Below are positions 54,900 to 64,000 of a DNA stretch of 64,000 bases, in pieces. The translations under genes were made by a program, and so were the position numbers. Positions within the stretch are counted from its first letter, which is position 1. Each line of letters begins with the position of its first letter. The stretch covers positions 672,001 to 736,000 of the forward strand of contig CAWCPV010000004.1 in NCBI GenBank assembly GCA_963797555.1. Reading direction: 5' to 3'. The DNA is from an uncultured Gammaproteobacteria bacterium (lineage in GTDB: Bacteria; Pseudomonadota; Gammaproteobacteria; CAWCPV01). Below the pieces are notes generated by a model. The model was not told the DNA's origin and ran no database searches. It saw nothing but the letters and a program-made list of their open reading frames with translations.

Positions 54900-55125
54900 C
54901 CGGCTTGTAGCCGGTGGTGACGTTGACTCCCAAGGGAGTGGCGAGCGCAAACGCTTGGGCCTCGCGGTCGAGGTCGCCAAGGGTGGCACCGGGCTCCACG
55001 TATGCGCGCCGCGCCTTGGGATCGACCCTCACCGAGATGCATGGGCAAGAGGTCGACCATGAGACCGCCCTCACACACGGCATTGCCGGCAATGCCGTGA
55101 GCGCCCCCGCGCACGGCGGGCTGGC
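54900..55125 (-). pseudogene. FAD-binding oxidoreductase fragment
   Basis: VRGGAHGIAGNAVCEGGLMVDL and VRVDPKARRAYVEPGATLGDLDREAQAF.LATP.G. Confidence 0.72.
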
Positions 55126-55128
55126 GGG

Positions 55129-55247
55129 AGTCTGCGGGGCGGTGGGCCGCGGGAAGTTCCCGCCGAACCAGGCAGCTACCGCCGGGTGGAAGGCGGGCAG
55201 TACCATACCGCATCAGTAAATCGTTTATCGGGGATCGGGAGAAAAGG
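55129..55247. repeat. ~120-bp direct repeat (lhr 5' end), copy 2
   Basis: Encodes [26 protein letters not shown] versus lhr [26 protein letters not shown]. Confidence 0.92.
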
Positions 55248-55551
55248 CCGCCCAAAGGAACACTGCGGGAAGCCCTGCTCGCAGACGGCGGGCAACTGTT
55301 CCCTCATTCCAGGACCTTTATCAGTCGACGCCTTCGTTCATCAACGGCCTTCTTCAGGTCAAAGTACGCGGCAAGGTACGCCGACCTTACACTCACCCGC
55401 AAAAAGAGCCGCCGCTGGACGATGAGGTATCATGGAATACATCGATTTGAGCAAAGAGGGTTTGCGGCTGCCTAGCTCGTGCGCGGAATCGGCGATGAAT
55501 TGTGGGTGCCGGCGGTCTGCGGACGCCGATACCTGCGGAAGGAGGTGATGC

Positions 55552-55893
55552 ATGGCGATCACGGTGGACGGCACCAACATCGAAACGGACGAGGAAGGCT
55601 ATCTTTTGGACCCGGCTGCTTGGAACCGGACGGTGGCCGAGAAGCTTGCAGAGGATGAGGGCCTCGCTCTGGACTCCGAGCGGTGGTACGTGGTGAACTT
55701 TGTGCGGCGCTATTATGAGGAGCGAAGCTCGGTTCCCGAGGCACGTACCGTGCTCAAGGCCATGGGAGAAGAGCTTGGTCCGGTGAAGGCGACACGCAAG
55801 TACCTATACCGGCTGTTCCCTTATGGCTATGGTCAGCAGGCATGCAAGATCGCCGGCATGCGCAAGCCCCGGAAATTGATGCTGGACGTTTAG
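55552..55893 (+). CDS. TusE/DsrC-family protein lacking the C-terminal cysteine
   Basis: ETDEEGYL..W..VAE.LA, YLYRLFPYG..QACKIAG, ends KPRKLMLDV; GGAGG RBS. Confidence 0.88.
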   Translation: MAITVDGTNIETDEEGYLLDPAAWNRTVAEKLAEDEGLALDSERWYVVNFVRRYYEERSSVPEARTVLKAMGEELGPVKATRKYLYRLFPYGYGQQACKIAGMRKPRKLMLDV

Positions 55894-56142
55894 TGCGCCG
55901 TCTCACAATATAGCGTCGCAGGGGCGGAGCCTGTTAAATCACTACAGACCGACTCGGGCACCCACAGGATTCCGCGAAGACCCCATTTTTATGAGACACT
56001 CCACCAGCAGTGGGGCGCGCGGACGCCCAGTCGGTGCGGACAGCTCGTGACCGTGCGGGGCGTGTGTGCGCGTGCCGCCCGCCATGTAGTCCGGGCCCTT
56101 CCTTGCGGATGCTACCGGTTCACGCGGTGCGTTCGGGCCATG

Positions 56143-56487
56143 TCAGCGTTTCGGGAAAAGCCCGACGACAATGGTGATGACGTGCGCCGCGATCGTGATG
56201 ATCACTGCGGGTAGCGCGACGGGGAGGAGGCTCAAGACTAACGCACCGGCCGGGAAGGCAACGAGCCACGGACGTTCGACCACCATGGCTCTCAGCCACG
56301 CGACCGCGATGCTGAGCGCAAAGAACGTGAGATATGGTACGACGAGCAGGTTGAACTCGATGCCCCGGCGGAACAGAGAAGGGAAGGTCTGTGCGGTATC
56401 CAGTCCAAAATGTGGTAGCACCAAGGGCAGTACGGACAAGACTAGGTAGGCCACGAAGAACAGGGCTGGATCTTCGAACGTCTTCAT
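56143..56487 (-). CDS. Hypothetical membrane protein (~4 TM)
   Basis: AAAGGAG RBS before MKTFEDP; hydrophobic segments. Confidence 0.6.
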   Translation of the reverse strand: MKTFEDPALFFVAYLVLSVLPLVLPHFGLDTAQTFPSLFRRGIEFNLLVVPYLTFFALSIAVAWLRAMVVERPWLVAFPAGALVLSLLPVALPAVIITIAAHVITIVVGLFPKR

Positions 56488-56867
56488 TTTGTCTCCTTTT
56501 CTGGGGGATGCGACGGTCATAGCCGTGGACTCGTCCGAGCTGTATTTTTCACACCCGGTCCTGAGCGTTTTCGGGAAGCCGAATACCCGCCGAGCCGTGA
56601 GCGGTGCAGGACGGCCCGCATATGGTAGCCGGTGCCGAGTGCCGACGACAGACACCAACGAACCATCGTGGACTGCGTCACCGTCGCGATACTAATTCGT
56701 CTGCCAGACGTGACGCGCGATCGCGCAAGTCAAATACTCGTCCGGCATGGCCCGTTCCATCCCGACTCCAGACAAGCACCGTCCGGCTTCGAGGATAGTC
56801 CGGCCGTGGGGAGACACCCAACCCGGGCGTGGACGGCCCGCACCGTGTCTCGGCACCCAGAGGGCCG

Positions 56868-57308
56868 GTGAGCGCGCAGCCGCAGACGACCGATCCGGGC
56901 ATCCGGCCCGGCCTGCCGCGGCGCCTGGGGGCCATCGGTTACGATGCTTTGTTGCTGTTCTCGGTGCTGTACTTCGCCACCTTTCTCGTGCTCCTGTGGA
57001 GCGGCGGGCACGCCATCGCGCCATCGAAGCCCTGGTTCCAGGCGTACCTGCTGGCCGTGGCGTTCCTGTACTTCGCTTGGCCTTGGACCCGAACCGGCCA
57101 GACTCTGGGGATGCGGGCCTGGCGCATCCGGGTGGTCCTGCCCGATGGAAGCCCCATCGGCTGGAAACAGGCTACGCTGCGGCTGAGCGCCGCCCTGCTT
57201 TCCTGGATGGCTCTGGGCGGGGGATTTCTGTGGATGCTGGTGGACCGGGATCGGCTGACATGGCACGACAGGCTGTCTGGCACGGTGCTCGTGCTGACCA
57301 GCCCGTGA
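56868..57308 (+). CDS. RDD-family membrane protein
   Basis: RRLGAIGYDALL, GQTLGMRAWRIRV, TWHDRLSGT. Confidence 0.9.
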   Translation: MSAQPQTTDPGIRPGLPRRLGAIGYDALLLFSVLYFATFLVLLWSGGHAIAPSKPWFQAYLLAVAFLYFAWPWTRTGQTLGMRAWRIRVVLPDGSPIGWKQATLRLSAALLSWMALGGGFLWMLVDRDRLTWHDRLSGTVLVLTSP

Positions 57309-57342
57309 TGCTGTCGTGACCCTCGCCTGGAGCAGGCGTCGG

Positions 57343-57556
57343 AGCTCGTGAAGAAATCGTCGCGAGCGGCTTGAGAGCACGGCGGCCGGAGCGCAGCGAC
57401 GAGACCTATTTGGTCGATAGGGGAGGAGCGACCGAATGGCAGGACAGCCATTCGGCACGTCCCCGAGACGCCCCGACAGGGGTGGCGTACAGGGAGGTAC
57501 GCCATGACCACCGCGCAACGCCGCTATCGGGACGCGCAGCAGATCATTCACAAGCT
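57343..57556. repeat. MITE-like intergenic element
   Basis: Ends AGCTCGTGAAGAAATC and GATCATTCACAAGCT form an imperfect inverted repeat; internal hairpins CCGAATGGC/GCCATTCGG and TGGCGTAC/GTACGCCA. Confidence 0.55.
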
Positions 57557-57557
57557 T

Positions 57558-58616
57558 TCAGAAAATGCAGACTCGGGCCTGGGGCCCGGAGGTCCACAGG
57601 GAGTCATCGGCGCGCTGAATGCGCAACGAGAGGTTGACGCACCGCGATTTCATTGCCGCTAGGGCCTGCTGCGCCCGCCAGCCGGTGCGCAGATAGGCGG
57701 GGTCTCCCAGGTACTCCACAACGTCCTGGCGAGGCAGCCCGTAGCTCATCTCGTGCGCGGGCTGGCCGTCGAGCAGCACCTGCACCCCCTTCACTGGTCC
57801 CGGGCGGCGCTGGTCCGCGGCCCAACCGACCACCGTGAGATCCGATGCGGTACTTCGATCGATGCGAAACACGAAGGAGTCCGCGCTGCGCCTGCCCGGG
57901 TGCCAGACCTGATCGTTGATGTCGTTGATGTTGAACCTGACGTTCCCGTCCGAATCCTGGTACACGCTGCGGATCCAGTAGAGGAGGCGCTCCCGGGAGT
58001 GCGTCAGACCTGTCCTCCGCAGCCACGCCTGGTACAGGTCGAAGACCCGCCTCCCCACGCTGGCCTTCGAGTGAACCAGATAGTGCCAGGAAAACTGCTC
58101 TCGGGCTTCGTCGAGGCTCGCGTCTTCGTCGAGGATGATGGCCAGCGCACTGGCGAGACCGGACCGGTCCGCGCCCAGCTCGCAGTGCAGCAGCAAGGGA
58201 CGCGGGGCCGATTGAAGCACCTCGACGAGCTTGAGCAAATCACCGATGCGAGGGAGCTGATAGGCGCGCAGCGCGACGTCATAGTGACGAATCCCGAGCG
58301 CGTGGGTGGCTGCCACCTCGTCGCGGTACCATGCCTCGCTCGGGTTCGCCCCGCGCAGATTCAGCACCGTGCGGATACCATAATCGCGTGCCAGCGCGTC
58401 GAGATCGCCTACACTCGGCTGGGCGCTGCGGTAGATCTCCCCTGCCGTGACCACGTGGAAGTTGCCGCGCAGCAGCCAATATCCCGACGCCAGGCCCGTT
58501 GCCACGAGCAGAACCGCCACCAGCCGCGCGGTGCGGCCCGCGGACCGACGGTCGCTGGCAACGCAGAATTCTCGCGGCAAGGCGGAATACGGCGGAAGAT
58601 CAGGCTGTGCTGACAC
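57558..58616 (-). CDS. Membrane-anchored CX5R (dual-specificity/tyrosine-type) phosphatase with C-terminal beta-sandwich domain
   Basis: N-terminal TM, NFHVV..IYRSAQP, TVLNLRG, P-loop HCELGADRSG, C-terminal GWAAD...RQDV. Confidence 0.8.
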   Translation of the reverse strand: MSAQPDLPPYSALPREFCVASDRRSAGRTARLVAVLLVATGLASGYWLLRGNFHVVTAGEIYRSAQPSVGDLDALARDYGIRTVLNLRGANPSEAWYRDEVAATHALGIRHYDVALRAYQLPRIGDLLKLVEVLQSAPRPLLLHCELGADRSGLASALAIILDEDASLDEAREQFSWHYLVHSKASVGRRVFDLYQAWLRRTGLTHSRERLLYWIRSVYQDSDGNVRFNINDINDQVWHPGRRSADSFVFRIDRSTASDLTVVGWAADQRRPGPVKGVQVLLDGQPAHEMSYGLPRQDVVEYLGDPAYLRTGWRAQQALAAMKSRCVNLSLRIQRADDSLWTSGPQARVCIF

Positions 58617-58626
58617 CGATGTACTC

Positions 58627-59691
58627 CTAGTAGACCCGGCGCAGCATCACGAATGCCAAGGACAGAAACAGCACGCTGGGAAGGAAGGCGCTCACGAATG
58701 GGCTCAGATTATACACGAGACCCACGTGCCCCAGAGTCTGGTTCAGGAGATAGAAGCCCATACCGACCAGCGTTCCCGCCATGATGCGTTGACCCACTCC
58801 CACGCTGCGCAACGTCCCGAAAACGAAGGGGATGGCGACGAACACCATTACCCCGGTGGAGAATGGCGCAGCCAGCTTCACCCACAATGCCAGTTGGTAG
58901 CGCCGCGCATCCTGTTTGTTCGCCCGCAGGTACTGGATGTAGGTCCAGAGCCCGGTGAAGGAAAGGTCTTGGGGGTCCACCACCACCACCTTGACCAAGT
59001 CCGGCCGCAGCAGCGTCTCCCAGTCCGCCCGGACCATATGCTGCTCGGAGACGCCGTCTTGCGAGATGTGATAGATATCGATGTCCCTGAGCTGCCAGTT
59101 GCCGTCCAGGAAGCTGGCCTCCTTGGCATGCGCCACTGTCCTGAGTCGTCGATCCTTGTCGAACTCGTACACGGTGATGTCCCCCAAGTGGGCGCCGGCC
59201 AGCACTTGGCGGATGTTGATGAAGCGCAAGCCGTCGCGCACCCAGAACCCGTGTCGGGATTTCAGGGCGATCTGTCCGGACAGGGCGATCGAGCGCATGG
59301 TTTGGGCATACTGCTCGCCGGCGGGCGCGACCCACTCGCCGAGCAGTGTGACCGCCACCATGAGCACCACACCCACCCGCGCCAACGCGCCGACGATCCG
59401 TGCCATGGATACGCCGCCTGCGCGCATGGCGGTCAGCTCGCTGCTCGCCGCAAGGGAGCCCAGACCGATCAGGGTCCCTAGGAGAGCGCAGGCAGGAAAC
59501 AGCTCGTAGATGCGGCGCGGGATGGTGAGAGCGACGTATTCCACCACGAGCAGCAAGCCGTAACGTCCGCGGCCCAGAGCCCCCAACTCGTCCAGGAAGG
59601 CGAGAAACGTGTAGATCGCCACCAGCACCGTGGCCACCACCACGACATTGGCGGCCACCGTCTGGGCGATGTAGCGCTCCAGTACCTTCAT
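58627..59691 (-). CDS. lptG: LPS export permease LptG
   Basis: MKVLERYIA, LGSLAASSELTAMRAGGVS, GFWVRDG; follows lptF. Confidence 0.93.
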   Translation of the reverse strand: MKVLERYIAQTVAANVVVVATVLVAIYTFLAFLDELGALGRGRYGLLLVVEYVALTIPRRIYELFPACALLGTLIGLGSLAASSELTAMRAGGVSMARIVGALARVGVVLMVAVTLLGEWVAPAGEQYAQTMRSIALSGQIALKSRHGFWVRDGLRFINIRQVLAGAHLGDITVYEFDKDRRLRTVAHAKEASFLDGNWQLRDIDIYHISQDGVSEQHMVRADWETLLRPDLVKVVVVDPQDLSFTGLWTYIQYLRANKQDARRYQLALWVKLAAPFSTGVMVFVAIPFVFGTLRSVGVGQRIMAGTLVGMGFYLLNQTLGHVGLVYNLSPFVSAFLPSVLFLSLAFVMLRRVY

Positions 59692-60785
59692 GCGAGCCGC
59701 CTTGCCCCCAGAGGGGGGGCGGACCGGCGCAGCCACCCGTTTCTGCGGGCCAGCATGATGGCCAGGGCCAACAAACCCCCGTGCACCCACCACATGCCGA
59801 CGAGCGGCGGTATGTCTCCATGCTGCAGCCACGCGCGCGCGAGGCCCAGCGTGTTCGAGTAAACGAGGTAGATGAGGACGGCGGCCGTCACGTGGGTAAA
59901 GCGTCCCTGCCGCGCGGTCATGGACGTGAGGCTCACGGCCATCAGCGTAAGCAGCAGACTGGACAGCGGCATGGAGACGCGCCACTGCAGTTCCGCGACC
60001 TCGTGGGCCTCCTTCGCTCCCAGCAGCGCCGCTGTTGGCATCGCGTCGCGCTTGCCGAACACCGGCTCGGTGTCCAGCGGGTGCAGGCGGAAAGTCTGCT
60101 CACCGTATTGCAGGATCCTGAAATCCTCGCGCCCCGGGGTCCCGAAGTAGCGATAACCGTTGAACATCTTGACCAGGCGATCGCCGGTACCCTCGTCGCG
60201 GCGGAGCACGGCGCGCTCGGCCGCGAAGATGTCCAACCCCTGATCCTGACGCGCTTGGACGAACACATTGAACAACGTCTGGTTCTTCTGGGAATAGCGC
60301 TCGGCGTAAAACACCCAGTCGCCGGTGGAGGACTCCACGAACCGCCCCGAGGCGATGGCGCTGAAGTCCGCGAGCTTTTCCGCTCGGGTCTTGATGTCGT
60401 ACCCTTCGCCCGCCGCCCAGGGGGCGATGTAGAACGCCAACACCGCCACCCCGGTCGCGGTCAGGATCGCCAGGACACCAACGGAGCGAAAGAGATATCC
60501 TGGGCCGACCCCGCAGGAGGCCAGCGCCATCGTCTCGCCGTCCCGGTGCCAGCGGCCGAGGGCGATGAGCGTCCCGAGGTAAAAGGCCACGGGCACGATC
60601 CAGGGGAGGAAGTTCACCAGCTTCAGGGCGACCAAGGTGGTGATCACATCGGGGGGCAACACCCCGGCGGCCACGTCGCCCAGATAACGCACGAACCGGT
60701 GGCTGGCGAAGATCAGCACCAGCACCGTGAGGACGGCGAGGAACGCCTGCCACACCTCCCTGGCCAAATAACGGTGGATGATCAA
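59688..60785 (-). CDS. lptF: LPS export permease LptF
   Basis: MIIHRYLAREV, LGRWHRDGE, AELQWR; divergent from pepA. Confidence 0.93.
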   Translation of the reverse strand: MIIHRYLAREVWQAFLAVLTVLVLIFASHRFVRYLGDVAAGVLPPDVITTLVALKLVNFLPWIVPVAFYLGTLIALGRWHRDGETMALASCGVGPGYLFRSVGVLAILTATGVAVLAFYIAPWAAGEGYDIKTRAEKLADFSAIASGRFVESSTGDWVFYAERYSQKNQTLFNVFVQARQDQGLDIFAAERAVLRRDEGTGDRLVKMFNGYRYFGTPGREDFRILQYGEQTFRLHPLDTEPVFGKRDAMPTAALLGAKEAHEVAELQWRVSMPLSSLLLTLMAVSLTSMTARQGRFTHVTAAVLIYLVYSNTLGLARAWLQHGDIPPLVGMWWVHGGLLALAIMLARRNGWLRRSAPPLGARRLA

Positions 60786-60962
60786 GCTGAGAGCCCGGGC
60801 GGACGCCTATACGGACTGGAAAGCCAGTGCTTTTCCGGTAAACTTACGCGGGTCGCCTCCAAGAAGGCGACCTCAACAAGCCTAGCGGCAAGGCCACATT
60901 GCGCGACAAGCGTACGACCGTAACAGCGTAGCACTAAAGCCGAGGAGTTTCAGGAGCCAGCG

Positions 60963-62486
60963 ATGGAGTTCACGCTCAAGAGTGGTACCCCCGAGAAACA
61001 GCGCAGCGCTTGCATCGTGGCCGGCATCTTCGAGCCGCGGCGCCTGTCGGCCGCAGCCGAACGGCTCGATCGCGCGAGCGACGGGTTTCTGTCCATGCTG
61101 CTGCGCCGCGGGGACCTGGAGGGCAAGCTCGGTCAGACGCTGCTGCTGCCGAGCGTGCACGGGATCGCAGCCGAGCGTGTCCTCCTCGTCGGCTGCGGTC
61201 GTGAGCGCGACTTGGGCGATTCCCAGTACCGCAAGATCACCGCTGCCGTCGCCGGCGTCCTCAACGGCACCGGCGCCATGGAGGCCATCTCCCGCCTCAC
61301 CGATCTGAACGTCAAGGGACGCGACCTGACCTGGAACCTGCGCCAGGCAGTCGAGGGCACGGAATGGGCTCTGTACCAGTTCGACCGCTTCAAAGGCAAG
61401 AAGGAGTCGCCCAGGCGGCCGCTGCGCCGCTTGGTGCTGAGCGTCCCGTCGCGGCGCGAGCTGGAGAGCGGCGAGCAGGCCGTGCGAGAGGGTCTGGCCA
61501 TCGCCGCGGGAGTCCGCTTGGCCAGGGACCTGGGCAACCTTCCTCCGAACGTGTGCACCCCCAGCCACCTCGCCGAGGAGGCCGTTGCACTCGGCAAGCG
61601 ATCCAAAGCCATCAAGAAGGTCGAGGTGCTCGAGACTGCGGACATGCAACGCCTCGGCATGGGCGCGCTGCTCTCCGTCGCCCGCGGCAGCCGGCAGCCG
61701 CCCAAGCTCATCACCATCGAGTACCGGGGCGTGCGCGGGCAGGCGCGGCCCACCGTCCTGGTCGGAAAGGGGGTCACTTTCGATTCCGGCGGGATCTCCA
61801 TCAAGCCGGCGTCCGCCATGGACGAGATGAAGTTCGACATGTGCGGGGCCGCTGCCGTCCTGGGCACCCTGTCTGCTGTGGCGGAGCTGGAGCTTCCGCT
61901 CAATGTCGTCGGAGTGATCCCGGCCACCGAGAACCTCCCCGACGGGAACGCCAGCAAGCCGGGGGACATTGTGACCAGTCTCTCGGGCCAGACCATCGAG
62001 ATCCTGAACACCGACGCGGAGGGCCGACTCATTCTTTGCGACGCCCTCAGCTACGCGGAGCGCTTCGATCCTCAGGCAGTGATCGACATCGCCACGCTCA
62101 CCGGCGCCTGCGTGGTCGCCCTGGGCAAGCATGCCAGTGGTCTGCTCGGCAACCACCCTCCGCTGGTGCGCGACCTCCTGCATGCGGCCCGTCTCAGCAC
62201 CGACCAGGCGTGGGAGCTGCCGCTGTGGGAAGAGTATCAGGAGCAGCTCAAGAGCAATTTCGCCGATATGGCCAATGTCGGAGGGCGCGATGCCGGCGCG
62301 ATTACTGCGGCGGCTTTCCTGGCGCGCTTCACCAAGAAGTACCACTGGGCCCACTTGGACATCGCCGGCACCGCCTGGCTGACTGGCGAGAGCAAGGGCG
62401 CCACGGGTCGGCCCGTTCCCCTGCTGACTCAGTATCTGCTCGATCGCTGCACTGAGTCGGCGGCAAGCGCCCACGCATCGCCGTGA
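60963..62486 (+). CDS. pepA: Leucyl aminopeptidase
   Basis: [40 protein letters not shown]. Confidence 0.97.
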   Translation: MEFTLKSGTPEKQRSACIVAGIFEPRRLSAAAERLDRASDGFLSMLLRRGDLEGKLGQTLLLPSVHGIAAERVLLVGCGRERDLGDSQYRKITAAVAGVLNGTGAMEAISRLTDLNVKGRDLTWNLRQAVEGTEWALYQFDRFKGKKESPRRPLRRLVLSVPSRRELESGEQAVREGLAIAAGVRLARDLGNLPPNVCTPSHLAEEAVALGKRSKAIKKVEVLETADMQRLGMGALLSVARGSRQPPKLITIEYRGVRGQARPTVLVGKGVTFDSGGISIKPASAMDEMKFDMCGAAAVLGTLSAVAELELPLNVVGVIPATENLPDGNASKPGDIVTSLSGQTIEILNTDAEGRLILCDALSYAERFDPQAVIDIATLTGACVVALGKHASGLLGNHPPLVRDLLHAARLSTDQAWELPLWEEYQEQLKSNFADMANVGGRDAGAITAAAFLARFTKKYHWAHLDIAGTAWLTGESKGATGRPVPLLTQYLLDRCTESAASAHASP

Positions 62487-62617
62487 CCCTGCGCCGGAAG
62501 AGCGGCGATCCGGTCCGGCACCCCTATCGGTTGCATCGAATACGGGCGGATCTCGAACACGGCCCTCGAATCGGCGTGACTGCGCCACACCCCAATGGCT
62601 GGCAGAGACCCTGACCA

Positions 62618-63100
62618 TTGGAGCCTGAGGACCAGCCCTCACAGCCAGGCGGCGGGGGACCGCGGATCGACTTCTACGCCCTGTCCGACGCGACGCCCGA
62701 GGCGCGCCTGCAGCTCGCCTGCCGCCTGGTCGAGAAGGCCTACCACCTCGGTCACCGCGTATATATCCACGTCGACACCCAGGAACGGGCACGCCGTCTG
62801 GACGATCTGCTGTGGACCTTCCGGGCGGGCAGCTTCCTCCCGCATGCGCTGCTGCGCGAAGCGCCCACGGACGACGAGCCGATATGGCTCGGCTACGACG
62901 CCGAGGCCTGCCCGAGGGGTGAGGTTCTGGTCAACCTGGCTGACGCCGTGCCCCCGTTCTATGGCAGCTTTCAGCGCGTCGTCGAGGTAGTGGGTCACAG
63001 CGAAGCCGAACGGCTGGGCGCCCGGAAGCGCTATCGCCTTTACCGGGAGCGCGGCCACAGCCCGCACACCCACCGGCTTTCCTCCGCCGCCGCGGGATAA
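62618..63100 (+). CDS. holC: DNA polymerase III chi subunit
   Basis: [21 protein letters not shown]...[13 protein letters not shown]; lies between pepA and valS. Confidence 0.93.
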   Translation: MEPEDQPSQPGGGGPRIDFYALSDATPEARLQLACRLVEKAYHLGHRVYIHVDTQERARRLDDLLWTFRAGSFLPHALLREAPTDDEPIWLGYDAEACPRGEVLVNLADAVPPFYGSFQRVVEVVGHSEAERLGARKRYRLYRERGHSPHTHRLSSAAAG

Positions 63101-63164
63101 CGGTATAATCGCAGCACACCCCACGCCCCCGCACCTTCGCCCACCGAGCACCAAGCGGCCCGTG

Positions 63165-64000
63165 ATGGAAAAGAGTTACCGACCTCACGCCATCGAGACG
63201 CACTGGTACGACGTCTGGGAACGCAACGGCTATTTCGCTCCCAACGGCAGTGGCGAGCCTTACTGCATCATGCTGCCCCCCCCGAACGTGACGGGCCACC
63301 TGCACATGGGCCATGCGTTCCAGGACACCCTGATGGACGCCCTGATCCGCTATCACCGCATGCGAGGCTACAACACGCTTTGGCAGGGCGGGACAGACCA
63401 CGCCGGCATCGCTACCCAGATGGTCGTCGAACGTCAGCTCGCCAGTCACGGGCAAACACGTCACGACCTCGATCGCGAGGCGTTCGTGGAGGAAGTGTGG
63501 AAATGGAAGGCACGGTCGGGAGACACCATCACTAGTCAACTGCGGCGCCTGGGGGCCTCCATCGACTGGCCGCGCGAGAGGTTCACCTTGGACCCCGGGC
63601 TGGCTGCGGCAGTTACGGAAGTGTTCGTCCGGCTGCACGAAGAAGGCCTGATCTACCGCGGCAAACGGCTGGTGAACTGGGATCCGGTGCTGCGCACCGC
63701 CGTCTCCGACCTCGAAGTGGTCTCGGAGGAGGAAGAAGGCTCCCTGTGGCACATCCGCTATCCGCTAGCGGACGGCTCGGGATATCTCACCGTCGCGACG
63801 ACCCGGCCCGAGACGCTGCTCGGCGACGCTGCGCTGGCCGTCCATCCCGGCGACGAGCGCTACAAGCACCTGGTGGGCACTCTGGTCGAGCTGCCGGTGG
63901 CCAGACGACCGATTCCCATCATCGCCGACGAATACGTGGACCCGTCTTTCGGGACGGGCTGCGTCAAGATCACCCCCGCCCACGACTTCAACGACTACGC
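63165..64000 (+). CDS. valS: Valine--tRNA ligase (runs off window)
   Basis: [58 protein letters not shown]; TATAAT at 63104. Confidence 0.96.
   Translation, partial: MEKSYRPHAIETHWYDVWERNGYFAPNGSGEPYCIMLPPPNVTGHLHMGHAFQDTLMDALIRYHRMRGYNTLWQGGTDHAGIATQMVVERQLASHGQTRHDLDREAFVEEVWKWKARSGDTITSQLRRLGASIDWPRERFTLDPGLAAAVTEVFVRLHEEGLIYRGKRLVNWDPVLRTAVSDLEVVSEEEEGSLWHIRYPLADGSGYLTVATTRPETLLGDAALAVHPGDERYKHLVGTLVELPVARRPIPIIADEYVDPSFGTGCVKITPAHDFNDY

Overview
GC-rich gammaproteobacterial DNA, possibly from a sulfur-oxidiser lineage given the DsrC/TusE-like gene. Left (1-13.9 kb): a genomic island at the 3' end of tmRNA (ssrA), with a P4-type integrase and a six-gene type-1 BREX operon (brxA-brxB-brxC-pglX-pglZ-brxL). 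brxA to pglZ carry many frameshifts, probably consensus errors. After ssrA-smpB comes a ~41 kb accessory zone containing: abutting gene fragments; an ABC-2 efflux operon broken by a complete 2.5 kb IS66-family element (8-bp target duplication) that carries a DUF4338/DruA-like passenger; and a pentose-phosphate cluster (tal-pgi-gnd-zwf-pgl) separated from pgm-glgP by a 13.5 kb defence/toxin-antitoxin hotspot. The hotspot holds a NERD nuclease-helicase, an AT-rich orphan, an McrB-like GTPase with an unrecognised N-terminus plus a DUF2357/PD-(D/E)XK partner, a TM0106 nuclease-helicase, several TA modules and a possible integron-integrase relic. corA, lhr, and REP/MITE-like palindromes follow. Right end: core locus RDD, lptG, lptF, pepA, holC, valS, with an extra membrane-anchored CX5R phosphatase behind lptG. 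All calls come from motif recognition by eye; no searches were run.
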